Origin: Candidatus Thorarchaeota archaeon
GTDB lineage: Archaea; Asgardarchaeota; Thorarchaeia; Thorarchaeales; Thorarchaeaceae
Assembly: GCA_048884965.1 (NCBI GenBank)
Contig: JBHLQH010000041.1
Coordinates: 1 to 23,917 of the forward strand
Reading direction: 5' to 3'
Length of the DNA stretch: 23,917 bases
How positions within the stretch are numbered: the first letter of the stretch is position 1; the number at the start of each line of letters is the position of its first letter. Of the stretch, positions 8,365 through 17,421 are shown piece after piece. Under the pieces are notes generated by a model. The model made no database searches, had not been told where the DNA came from, and saw nothing but the letters and a program-made list of their open reading frames with translations. The position numbers and the translations under genes are program-made.

Positions 8365-9624
8365 TCAACTTTCCCTATATTGATACCGCAGGAATTGTTC
8401 ATAGGACATATGTCCTCGCATTAACATTTGATAGTGACTTGATATCCAAGAAGGATCATATTCCATCTCATGTTCTCCAGCACCGGGAGAGATTGCAGGC
8501 AAATCTGAGATTGCATCACCCACAGAGATAGGAGCGGGGTATTCATCATCTGACTCGGATAGCTTGTTCCGTCTACGGCTTGAGATCAGTGAGGAGAACA
8601 TGGCGGGAGGAGGCCCACTAAGGTTCCCATTTCGATTAGCCACAATGAATATCCTTCTTCTCCGTTGGGGAACTCCATACTGTTCTGAGTTCAACTGAAA
8701 CCATTGGCTCTCATAATCTAGGGAATCCAAATGTTCACAGATTGAAGTAAGCGTGTCGCCGCCCTTTTGTATCCTGATCCCGGTAACATTCTCAATGATG
8801 ACATTCTCAGGCTGTAGATGTTTGACCATACGAAGCATTGAGAAAACCAGGATATTTCGGGGGTCTGCAAGATTCCATTTTCCTGCTGTGGAAAATCCCT
8901 GACACGGGGGACCACCTGCCAGGAGATTTAACGTTCTACCATGAAGCGAGTTATCTGCCATCTCAATGAAGGATTCAATTCCGAGGGGATAGCTAAGGTC
9001 AACATCCAGGGATTCTGTATCCGGATGATTGTGCGAATATGTGGAGAGCATATGTGATTGCTTCTCTGCTGCAAGGATAACCCGATGACCAGTATCATTA
9101 AGGCCTAATGAGAGTCCACCAGCTCCTGAGAATACATCTATACACAATCCAGGCTTGAGAGTTTTTCCTATCGCACGGGATAGGAGCGGTGGCACTGCGT
9201 TTCCTATTTGCTTGTAGATGGATGTGTTACTCCCTAAGAACTTGTAGCTATCTGGAAATGATTGCAGTCGTGCTGCTTCCCTGAAGGAGATCAATCGATC
9301 CTGTGTAGGGTGAATGAATGTACCATTTCCAGGTCTATTGAAATAGGTATTAATCGTATAGCTCGGTAGATCCTCCTGCAACCTACCGTAATAGGTCGTT
9401 CTCCCGCCTGTTTCTTTGATCTTCATTACACGAGATGATTTCTTCGCGATTGATAGAGGGATACTGGACCAGTTACCTCCTGCAGGAATAGATCGGATCA
9501 TTTGCATATCTAGCTCACTTAGATTTGTAGAAACATGGTTGAACAGCAAACGTGTGTCCTCAGCGTGTATTGTTGATTCTGAATCTGTGAGCGTCATTGT
9601 ATATCTTGAGGAGAAATCTATCAC
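8365..9624 (-). CDS. circularly permuted C5-cytosine DNA methyltransferase (Alw26I/Eco31I/Esp3I-type)
   Basis: The TRD and motifs IX-X (HPTQDRLISFREAARLQSFPD, QIGNAVPP) precede motif I (DVFSGAGG), IV (GGPPCQGFS), VI (ENV) and VIII (PQRRRRIF). Confidence 0.92.
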   Translation of the reverse strand: MIDFSSRYTMTLTDSESTIHAEDTRLLFNHVSTNLSELDMQMIRSIPAGGNWSSIPLSIAKKSSRVMKIKETGGRTTYYGRLQEDLPSYTINTYFNRPGNGTFIHPTQDRLISFREAARLQSFPDSYKFLGSNTSIYKQIGNAVPPLLSRAIGKTLKPGLCIDVFSGAGGLSLGLNDTGHRVILAAEKQSHMLSTYSHNHPDTESLDVDLSYPLGIESFIEMADNSLHGRTLNLLAGGPPCQGFSTAGKWNLADPRNILVFSMLRMVKHLQPENVIIENVTGIRIQKGGDTLTSICEHLDSLDYESQWFQLNSEQYGVPQRRRRIFIVANRNGNLSGPPPAMFSSLISSRRRNKLSESDDEYPAPISVGDAISDLPAISPGAGEHEMEYDPSWISSHYQMLMRGHMSYEQFLRYQYRES

Positions 9625-9653
9625 ATGAAAGTCTTGTCCTTCAGAAGAAATGG

Positions 9654-11792
9654 TCAGATATGACTCAGGATTTCTTCAATTATTGATCTGTCTTTGCCAC
9701 GTGATTCCAACACTCTCCGCGCATTCTTCCTTGTGAAGCCATAGATAGAGAAGATGCTTCCCTCGACAGAGGGAACTACATCGTTAGTATCACTACGTAT
9801 GTTTCGCATGAGTTGCGTAACATATCTAGAACTTGCTTTCACATCATCAGATAGGGAATCAATTAGGGGAAGGAGAGAAAGCTCATGATTTGAAACATGG
9901 TTGTTTGAGCTTGATATGGAGAACCTCCAATTCATCAACTCGGAATTCATGACTGCAAGGAGGAAGTCCAGAACCGATTCGTCAATCTCCTTACGCAGTA
10001 CTAGGTAGTTGCACGAGTTGGCAAGCACAGTACCTTCAGGAATACGTGAGAATTTCAAACGCCAATGATTCGCCTGATTAGATATTTGCTGGCAGGCAAT
10101 TCTCTTCAGCTCGATATGCCCCATACGCTCCGAGTTTTTCTTGGACAGCCGAAAGCCTTCGATATCAACGCACTCTGATGAACACTTGCCACTGGAATCT
10201 CGAAGGGCATAGCGGCCAATAGCTGAACCACGTACCAGAGGATATCGACCTTGCCCTTCATGGATATACTCCTTATCGATGGTAAGGTCTAATTCTCCCC
10301 GATGATTCTTCAGCCAAGAGTATGTGGCGAGGAAGGGATGCCTATGCATGCGTTTTACGAGAATCCAGTCACTTTGGCTGATTCGAGGAATGATCAGCGA
10401 TGAACCAAATGAGTTCGAGATATCTGCGACTCTGACAGTATAGGGCTTATTATTCGGAACTTCATTCAACGATTGCATACCAATCTGGACTTCAAATTCG
10501 TTTGTTAGCCCACCTTTCTCAACATGTCCTATACAGATGGATTGTGTGACTCCTGAGAACAATCGAGCTGATTCAGGGAACTCTGTGAATGATCTAACCA
10601 TGTTGTGATAGAATAGCTCTTGTCTTAGATTCCTCGAGGAATAGTCAGCAAGTAGTGTTGAAGGCACAATGAATCCTATGTGACCTCCTTCTTTTGTTAA
10701 AGCTAGAGACCGCTCTATGAATAGATGGTAGGTGTTAATGGCATTCGAGAGGCTTGCTGAGAATTCCCCCGAGTTCCGAATGTAATCCAAGTCCTCATGC
10801 AGCTCGCGTTTATAATCCTCATAATCAGACATTCGAATATCTGAAACACCTGAGCGTAGGTTGGTACGAATATACTCTGCTAGATTTGGTCTCAATCTAT
10901 TATAGGGAGGATTGAAGAGTACTATATCGAAGCCTCCATCCTTCAGAGGTTTTGAAAATTGAGTACCCCATTCAAAAGGCATACGATTTTCTGAATTGGT
11001 GAAGAATTTCTCATGGTTATCCGATGCCCTCAGCCCTTGAAGACTAATCAAAGCATTTCCTGCTCTGAATTGACTTTTAAAAGACCGATACGAGTTATCA
11101 TCTGCAGCTGCGGATAGACAAACGCTAGCTATTTCCAGAGATGCAGGGTCTAAATCAACACCAAAGAAATTCTTAGCTAGAGTTGTCGAGATTTCGTCGG
11201 TATGCTGAGATTGCCCAAACTTGCTATTCAGCCAATTATTCATGACTGAGAACGCAGAAATGAGGAATACGCCAGGACCGCAGCAAGGATCAAGAATTGT
11301 CATATTCTTGAAGTCTTCAACATCCTTTCCAAGAAGATAGGGGGTCATCGTTTTCTTGGTAATGAAATAGGCAAGTTCTGATGGAGTATAGAAAGCACCT
11401 AGAATCCGTTTCTCGGAAAATCCTGTTGGGGGCAAAGAATGTGCGCCTATGGTGTGAATGATCCCTAGGACATCTACTATCTTGAATAAATCTAGCTGAT
11501 CCGAACACTGTGGATAGGTGGATTGGTCAGAGTCCCAAAAATCACAAGCCACTTCTAAGAGAGTATCATGGTTGACAGATGCCTTCATTCCTGTTAGGGA
11601 TAGCTCTACAAAAGGGAGTTCGGATCCGCAGAAATCAGCTTTTCTCCAATATGCGAAAGCTCGATTCAAGGATATTAGACGAGTCGCTTCAGTAACAATC
11701 GATGACGTTAACTCGGATGACAGAAACTTCTCTAGCCTATAGCGGGTATCTAAGAGTATCTCCAAAGCTAGTTGGTATATGTCGTTGGACAC
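9654..11792 (-). CDS. N6-adenine DNA methyltransferase, gamma class (Alw26I/Eco31I/Esp3I-family m6A MTase-like)
   Basis: Motif X GAFYTP, motif I ILDPCCGPGVF, GVDLD, motif IV NPPY, GFIVP, and a TaqI-C-like tail with SSNNHVSN. Co-oriented 29 nt upstream of the permuted m5C MTase. Confidence 0.88.
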   Translation of the reverse strand: MSNDIYQLALEILLDTRYRLEKFLSSELTSSIVTEATRLISLNRAFAYWRKADFCGSELPFVELSLTGMKASVNHDTLLEVACDFWDSDQSTYPQCSDQLDLFKIVDVLGIIHTIGAHSLPPTGFSEKRILGAFYTPSELAYFITKKTMTPYLLGKDVEDFKNMTILDPCCGPGVFLISAFSVMNNWLNSKFGQSQHTDEISTTLAKNFFGVDLDPASLEIASVCLSAAADDNSYRSFKSQFRAGNALISLQGLRASDNHEKFFTNSENRMPFEWGTQFSKPLKDGGFDIVLFNPPYNRLRPNLAEYIRTNLRSGVSDIRMSDYEDYKRELHEDLDYIRNSGEFSASLSNAINTYHLFIERSLALTKEGGHIGFIVPSTLLADYSSRNLRQELFYHNMVRSFTEFPESARLFSGVTQSICIGHVEKGGLTNEFEVQIGMQSLNEVPNNKPYTVRVADISNSFGSSLIIPRISQSDWILVKRMHRHPFLATYSWLKNHRGELDLTIDKEYIHEGQGRYPLVRGSAIGRYALRDSSGKCSSECVDIEGFRLSKKNSERMGHIELKRIACQQISNQANHWRLKFSRIPEGTVLANSCNYLVLRKEIDESVLDFLLAVMNSELMNWRFSISSSNNHVSNHELSLLPLIDSLSDDVKASSRYVTQLMRNIRSDTNDVVPSVEGSIFSIYGFTRKNARRVLESRGKDRSIIEEILSHI

Positions 11793-11937
11793 CAGTATCC
11801 TCAGAAATATGAGAGCTGTTCATAGACAAAAAGGATTCCTTGGTGAATTGAATTCTCCAAGACTATGTTCTCCATGCATTCAAGATTCTACGCCAACAAT
11901 CAGGATTATTACTCGTATGAAGCTCTACGAATGTACG

Positions 11938-12693
11938 ATGAATAACGACGACATTACTCGCATCGAGCTGATTGCATCTAGAGCATGGCCTGCAAAAGAG
12001 AATGAAAGGCTAGATGGATGGATGCTTAGGGCAAATGATGGCATTACTTGGAGGACGAATTCAGTTCTTCCGTGCTACTCGCTGCATGAACTTCCTTTAG
12101 AAGAAGCAATTGAACTCGCAATCGAGTTCTACAGAAAAAGGTCGATACCCCCAACATTCAAGATCACAGAGGCCAGTGAGCCTCACAATCTGGATGAGGA
12201 ACTTGAAAAGAGGGGATTCGAGAAAGAGATGTTGACACATCTTCAGATTGCAGATATCACTTTCATTTCTAGATTGCAGGGAAGCTATGAAGTCGAGATC
12301 ATACCTGAATTGGATTTTGATTGGATCAAGGCATATGGCAAGATGGGAGGTTTTGATCAATTCACTCTTGATACCAGGCTTGAGATAATTGATAGGATAA
12401 GATTCCCTCTGGCACTTGCCAAGGTCTATATCAATGAGAATGTCGTAGGGATTGGTATGGGCGTTGTCGAAGATAGGATGATGGGTCTATTTGGCATCTA
12501 TACAGATCCCGTTCACCGAAATAGGGGAATAGGAGCTTCAGTGAATGTAGCTTTGGGAATTTGGGGTGAATCACTCGGAGCCACAACAGCGTACCTACAA
12601 GTAGAGGCAGAGAATGAGAAGGCTTTGAAACTATATTCAAAATTGGGATTCGAAACCAAGTATGATTATTGGTATAGAATACTTCATGAGTAG
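11938..12693 (+). CDS. GNAT family N-acetyltransferase
   Basis: AWPA...GWMLRAxxGxTxRxNSV N-terminal domain, acetyl-CoA motif HRNRGIG, and YLQVEAENEKALKLYSKLGF. The ORF-track start at 11779 overlaps the divergent MTase start, so ATG 11938 (MNNDDITRIE) is more plausible. Confidence 0.88.
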   Translation: MNNDDITRIELIASRAWPAKENERLDGWMLRANDGITWRTNSVLPCYSLHELPLEEAIELAIEFYRKRSIPPTFKITEASEPHNLDEELEKRGFEKEMLTHLQIADITFISRLQGSYEVEIIPELDFDWIKAYGKMGGFDQFTLDTRLEIIDRIRFPLALAKVYINENVVGIGMGVVEDRMMGLFGIYTDPVHRNRGIGASVNVALGIWGESLGATTAYLQVEAENEKALKLYSKLGFETKYDYWYRILHE

Positions 12694-12699
12694 TCAGGG

Positions 12700-13365
12700 C
12701 TAGCGATAGCGCTTCATATCTGACTCAACGAGTCGAAGCCCCAGCAGCAAGACATCTGAACCTCTCGTTTCTGCAATCCGTCTTAGATTGACTAACATCT
12801 CAGGAGTGTTGGTTTCAATGAAGCTGTAGAATGTGTCCTCTGATTGGCATAGAGCCTGACAAAATTTCTCAACATATCCCAAGAGAACACTCTTCTTTAC
12901 CGTCTTGAACCCATACTTGTACTTGAGATAGTTCTCTATCAAGTTCAAGACATATTGACCTACTTCCTCAGATTCATCAATTAGATCTGATGTCACAATT
13001 TTAGGAGAGTCCTTGGTCTTTTTCATCCGAGCCTGTCTGCTTCCTAGTGCTAATCGTATCTCATCAAGAGGGACACGTGGAGTAAGCTGTATACCAGCGT
13101 CCTCCTCTACCAATAGTATCTTGTAAGCGCGATGACCATGAAGGCTGAGGGAAGAGACATATCCCTTTGACTCCATTTCTCGGAGGTGTTTTTTGAATTC
13201 CTCCAAACTGATGAGCGAAGTATCAGATGAGATTTGGAGAAACCTCTCATAGAGGCTTTCTTCATACAGGATGAGAGTCCAGCCAAATGCTTTTGCGATG
13301 TCCAATTCTATCCTACTGGGAAGTTCTTGTCGTGCTCCACGTTCAGGCAACGTGATGCCCCCCAC
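12700..13365 (-). CDS. hypothetical protein, N-terminal winged-helix-like domain (paralogue of 15111..15851)
   Basis: 221 aa. ISLEEFKKHLREMESKGYVSS followed by a beta-wing. Strong similarity to the downstream paralogue supports it being coding. Confidence 0.75.
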   Translation of the reverse strand: MGGITLPERGARQELPSRIELDIAKAFGWTLILYEESLYERFLQISSDTSLISLEEFKKHLREMESKGYVSSLSLHGHRAYKILLVEEDAGIQLTPRVPLDEIRLALGSRQARMKKTKDSPKIVTSDLIDESEEVGQYVLNLIENYLKYKYGFKTVKKSVLLGYVEKFCQALCQSEDTFYSFIETNTPEMLVNLRRIAETRGSDVLLLGLRLVESDMKRYR

Positions 13366-13528
13366 TCGTTATGCGTATTAGTGCAATGGAAATCTAATAA
13401 GATTATTCACTTCGAATCCTATTTGAAATATTGGAATGAAGCAGGTTATTTGATACGAAGTTCTGAGATAGCGGAAGACTGATTATCTTCATCATTCTGA
13501 AATTTATCGTCCACACAGAGGTTATCAT

Positions 13529-14335
13529 TTGGCATATTCTGAAGATAATATACAAGCAATGATTGAGGAGCTAAAAGAAACTCCAAATGATTCACAGAAA
13601 TGGCATTTGCTTGGAGTCGCTCTCCTGAGCTTGGCTCGTCATGATGAGGCAGAGAAAGCATTCTTGCATTGTCTCAAGATAGACAAGGACAACCCGTATG
13701 CCCTTGGAGACCTTGGAGGATTATACATCCTTAAGAGGAAACCAAAGGAGGCGATTAGATTCCTAGAGAGTAGCCTCAAACTAGTTCCAGAGAATCATGA
13801 GTACTGGTCAGCCCTTGGTATTGCATATCTTCAGAGGAACAAATTCAAGGATGCGATCAAGGCATTCGAGAAGAGCTTGCTCATTGAACCAGACCACTAT
13901 GATGCGATTATCTCCCTTGGTTTAATCTATTACAGAATGGAGAATTGGAATAAAGCAATTGAATACATTGAACGGGCATTGAAGAAGGAACCAACTGACT
14001 ACGAGGCGATGAGAGCTCTTGCAAGGTCGCTCCTAAAGACGAACCGTATGCAAGAACTCGAGAGAGTCTATCACCGCATGTTAGAGATGAACCCGGAAGA
14101 CTATGTCCTGTATGCATACCTAGGACAAATCGCCTTTAGATCTGGTAGACATAAGGAAGGATTGGACTATTACCTACTTGCCCTAGAGAAAGACCCAAGT
14201 CTGATAATGGCATGGAAGATGCTCGGAGAAGCGTATGAGGTTCTAGGGAACAGTCAGGAAGCGAAAGCAGCCATTGCGAAATACGATGAACTCATGAATC
14301 AGCACAAGAAGATATCAAGCCTATATGGTCACTAG
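13529..14335 (+). CDS. tetratricopeptide repeat protein
   Basis: About seven 34-aa TPR units (WHLLGVAL, ALGDLGGLY, YWSALGIAY, AIISLGLIY, AMRALARSL, YAYLGQIA, AWKMLGEAY). Start could be ATG 13559. Confidence 0.9.
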   Translation: MAYSEDNIQAMIEELKETPNDSQKWHLLGVALLSLARHDEAEKAFLHCLKIDKDNPYALGDLGGLYILKRKPKEAIRFLESSLKLVPENHEYWSALGIAYLQRNKFKDAIKAFEKSLLIEPDHYDAIISLGLIYYRMENWNKAIEYIERALKKEPTDYEAMRALARSLLKTNRMQELERVYHRMLEMNPEDYVLYAYLGQIAFRSGRHKEGLDYYLLALEKDPSLIMAWKMLGEAYEVLGNSQEAKAAIAKYDELMNQHKKISSLYGH

Positions 14336-14341
14336 TTCGTA

Positions 14342-14740
14342 TCAATGTTCGTGACATCCATCAGCCCAAGTCGAAGACCTTGTAACTTCAGGGATTTCCT
14401 CAAGAGCATGATAGATAATTTTCTTGGATCGCCTTGCCCGATCATATTCCAGCATTGCTCCTTTTGATTCTCCCAGTAGAAATAATGCATCACACTGATC
14501 GACCCATATAGCATGCCATCTCATGTAATCGATCCAATTCATCTGCAAACCAAGTTCTCTTGCACGTATATCAGGCCAATGGGTGAGATGAGGGATGTAT
14601 GGAAAATGCCCTTTCTTCCAAATGTGAAGACCGGCATCCATTGCCCGTTGAACATTCGATTCGATCTCTTCAGTGCTAGTTCCAGAATATGGTCCAGCCA
14701 CATATATTTTCAAACTCTCGGTTGAATGATCTCCATTCAT
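14342..14740 (-). CDS. DUF4406-like / nucleoside 2-deoxyribosyltransferase-fold protein
   Basis: KIYVAGPY, PYIPH and CDALFLLGESKGAMLEY match the NDT-like Y..GP, D and S.G...E pattern. Confidence 0.75.
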   Translation of the reverse strand: MNGDHSTESLKIYVAGPYSGTSTEEIESNVQRAMDAGLHIWKKGHFPYIPHLTHWPDIRARELGLQMNWIDYMRWHAIWVDQCDALFLLGESKGAMLEYDRARRSKKIIYHALEEIPEVTRSSTWADGCHEH

Positions 14741-14793
14741 AAATTTGAGAGTCTTCCATAGCAGATATTAATGCGACTGTGAGATAGGCTGTT

Positions 14794-15009
14794 GTGGGAT
14801 TCATGAACGACGAGATGAAATTCATTCTGAAAGATCCTGCAAACGAGTTGGTCCATATTGCGATGCAGCATCCTGTGTATTCAGACCATTATGTCACTAG
14901 GTGCGGACAAGTCGTAACTACAGGCAGTTCACGACATGAAACCAACTTGATTGGTTTTCATCAGATTTCTAATAATCATGAGATAACCTGCAAGGATTGT
15001 CAAATCTAA
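14794..15009 (+). CDS. small putative Zn-binding protein
   Basis: 71 aa with VH...TRCG...ITCKDC, giving an H/C/CxxC ligand set. Confidence 0.5.
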   Translation: MGFMNDEMKFILKDPANELVHIAMQHPVYSDHYVTRCGQVVTTGSSRHETNLIGFHQISNNHEITCKDCQI

Positions 15010-15110
15010 CTAGTGGGCATGTATTAGGAGGAATTGATATGGGATGATAGGTTTGATATCTTTATAGATCCTTCAGATCCTCGAACAGATGATAGAATCT
15101 AAATGCGAAA

Positions 15111-15851
15111 TTAGATGTACTTCTTCAATCTCGAATCGACCATTCGAAGAGATAGCAAGAGATAATCGGATCCCTTTGATGTGAGTATTCGGTTTAATGG
15201 TATCATCAAATCAGGTAATTCGCTCTCAATATACTTCAGAAAAGACTCGTCGGATATAGAGAGTGCCTTTCTCATGTTCTGGATATGAATTGCAACCATA
15301 TTTCGCTTAATCTTTCCGGTTTTCGATCTTTTTACAAGCACACGTTCCAGTCTCTGTAGTATCTCGTCGCCTGTGAGTTGCGACTGCACTATCAATGCAG
15401 TAGTAACTCTGCCTTTGCGCAGTGAATCATCAACACTTTCAGTTGGGGCTGGATTTTCAAGCGGAGAACCTGTTGATTTCTTCATTTCCAGGGACACAGA
15501 AATTGAACTGGGGAGTTCATCCTTTCGTTTCACTTTCAAACTGCCTAGTGCCAAACGCATTTCTTCATTCGGATTCTTCGGAGAAATTTCTGAAATGATT
15601 TTACTACTCACAATGGATTTCTTGTACGCTCGTTTGCCATGAAGACCTACTGAGGATACGAAGCCTTTTGCCTCCATGTCACGTAATGCTTTTCTGAATT
15701 CCTCAAGAGAAATCAGTGAATGCTTTACAGATTGATGAGTGTATCTCTCATATAGCACCGATTCTAGCTCTATAACAGCCCAACCAAAGGATCGAAGAAC
15801 ATCTAGCTCCATTTGAGTGGGGTGTTCAGCCTTACTTAGTTTTGACACCAA
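15111..15851 (-). CDS. hypothetical protein, N-terminal winged-helix-like domain (paralogue of 12700..13365)
   Basis: 246 aa. ELDVLRSFGW...SLISLEEFRKALRDMEAKGFVSSVGLHGKRAYKK. SD-like AGGGGTGG upstream. Confidence 0.75.
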   Translation of the reverse strand: MVSKLSKAEHPTQMELDVLRSFGWAVIELESVLYERYTHQSVKHSLISLEEFRKALRDMEAKGFVSSVGLHGKRAYKKSIVSSKIISEISPKNPNEEMRLALGSLKVKRKDELPSSISVSLEMKKSTGSPLENPAPTESVDDSLRKGRVTTALIVQSQLTGDEILQRLERVLVKRSKTGKIKRNMVAIHIQNMRKALSISDESFLKYIESELPDLMIPLNRILTSKGSDYLLLSLRMVDSRLKKYI

Positions 15852-15864
15852 ACCACCCCTTTTG

Positions 15865-15900
15865 ATAATTAATTATATAATTAGTACATTTTCTAATAAA
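15865..15900 (-). promoter_or_regulatory. AT-rich promoter region with palindromes upstream of the wHTH paralogue
   Basis: Perfect palindromes ATAATTAATTAT (15865-15876) and TAATTATATAATTA (15870-15883). TATA-like TTTATTAG on the minus strand at 15893-15900. Confidence 0.4.
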
Positions 15901-16047
15901 CTAGTGTATCGAAACAAACTAAAATGCTCTACTCAATCATCTTGAGTTTCAGATTTATAGCAAAGAGATGACTTGTAGATTCTAGATTCAATTGTGAAAA
16001 GGACAGGAGTGTTAGCTGTTGAAATGGATTGAGAGGAAGTATGTAGA

Positions 16048-16212
16048 CTAAAGAACTAGCTCATAACCATCCCATGTAACAATATAGATACCATACTCGT
16101 ATTCGCCGTAGATCCAATTGCTGTTGAAATGAAATGCACTTGAAAGAGCTAGAAGGACCCCAAAAACCATCAGTAGTCGAGATATCAGAAGGACTCTGTT
16201 GTTTATGCCCAT
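16048..16212 (-). CDS. possible 54-aa hydrophobic microprotein or gene remnant
   Basis: My translation: MGINNRVLLISRLLMVFGVLLALSSAFHFNSNWIYGEYEYGIYIVTWDGYELVL*. Signal-peptide-like N-terminus, below the ORF-track cutoff. Confidence 0.25.
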   Translation of the reverse strand: MGINNRVLLISRLLMVFGVLLALSSAFHFNSNWIYGEYEYGIYIVTWDGYELVL

Positions 16213-16313
16213 CCTATTCACGGGAATATTAGGATCGATTTGTACTAAATTCCGTTATTCGATGTGGAATGTTCACAATCCTAGAGATCTACTCAGTATT
16301 CTCACATCCCGAT

Positions 16314-17291
16314 CTAGAGTTTTCGAATAACAAGCTCTGAGAAGAGCCTAGATGCCTCAATATACTCTGTGCCTAAACCTGGGAACATTACTTGGAAGAA
16401 ATCGAAACCAAGTTCGATAAGATACTCGAACCGTTCAAGCAAATCCTCAGGGTAGCCAACCCAAGAACCTGGAGCAATTGACATGGCTCTCTCTCGTACT
16501 TGCTCAATAGGTAGATTCAGGAATTCAGAACGCCATCTCCATTGTTCCTCGAGCTTCTCCTCATCTTCTGTAACAAAGACTCCGGGCCATCCCATAGCAA
16601 CAAGACTCTTTCCGAGCTCATCGTAATCCCGACCCTCGTTCTTGCAATGCTCCTTCAGTACGTTCAGCTTTCTATCCAACTCCTCATGGAGAGAGAAGTT
16701 ACAATAGTCCGCATATCGGGCAACAGCTCTCAGTGTTCGTGTTTCACCCATTCCACCTATCAGAATCGGAGGGTGTGGTTTCTGTACTGGCTTGGGTGCT
16801 GAGAATGCCTTATCAATCGAATAATGTGTACCATGATAGCTTGGCGCAGGTTCAGTCCAGAGAAGCTTGATGATTTCCAGCGCCTCTTCCATCATATCCA
16901 TACGAACCTGAATTTTGGGGAAATCATATCCGTAGGCATTGTATTCGATTTCCTTCCAACCTGCGCCATATCCAAACCACAAACGGCCATTTGAAATCAT
17001 GTCAATTGAGGCTGCGATTTTAGCTAAGAGAGCGGGGTGTCTATATGAGTTGCATGTGACAAGTGTTCCTAATCTGATGGAATCTGTGTCAGCAGCCAAA
17101 GCAGACAGGAGAGTCCATGCCTCAAGACAATTCTGTTCTGCTGAGCTCTCATTCAAAAAGATATGGTCGCTACACCAAAATGATTCGTAGCCAATCTTTT
17201 CGGCTTCATTGGCAATAGCCAAAGCTTGGTTAAAGGTGAACCCAAGTTGAGGTTCGATATGCACGCCAAATTTCAGGTCCATTTTAATCAC
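16314..17291 (-). CDS. LLM-class (luciferase-like) oxidoreductase, probably F420-dependent
   Basis: WCSDH, EAWTLLSALA, IRLGTLVTCNSYRHPALLAK, D.IS.GRL..G.GAGW, PKPVQKPHPPILIGG.GE. Confidence 0.92.
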   Translation of the reverse strand: MIKMDLKFGVHIEPQLGFTFNQALAIANEAEKIGYESFWCSDHIFLNESSAEQNCLEAWTLLSALAADTDSIRLGTLVTCNSYRHPALLAKIAASIDMISNGRLWFGYGAGWKEIEYNAYGYDFPKIQVRMDMMEEALEIIKLLWTEPAPSYHGTHYSIDKAFSAPKPVQKPHPPILIGGMGETRTLRAVARYADYCNFSLHEELDRKLNVLKEHCKNEGRDYDELGKSLVAMGWPGVFVTEDEEKLEEQWRWRSEFLNLPIEQVRERAMSIAPGSWVGYPEDLLERFEYLIELGFDFFQVMFPGLGTEYIEASRLFSELVIRKL

Positions 17292-17421
17292 TTGTTATCA
17301 TCACTAGACTTCAATAATAATCCTCTGCAGTATCACTCACCACGGGCAGCTACTTTTCTACGTTGAACAGAACCTATATGGGAATTCAACGAAGGATAAT
17401 GTCATCACATGAACTTCAAAT

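Noticed and set aside
9654-11792. Type IIG fused restriction-modification enzyme
   Set aside because: The N-terminal ~125 aa show no convincing PD-(D/E)xK motif, and the pairing with a permuted m5C MTase fits an MTase-only protein.
11779-11937. N-terminal extension of the GNAT ORF
   Set aside because: It overlaps the divergent MTase start, leaves no promoter space and is not protein-like.
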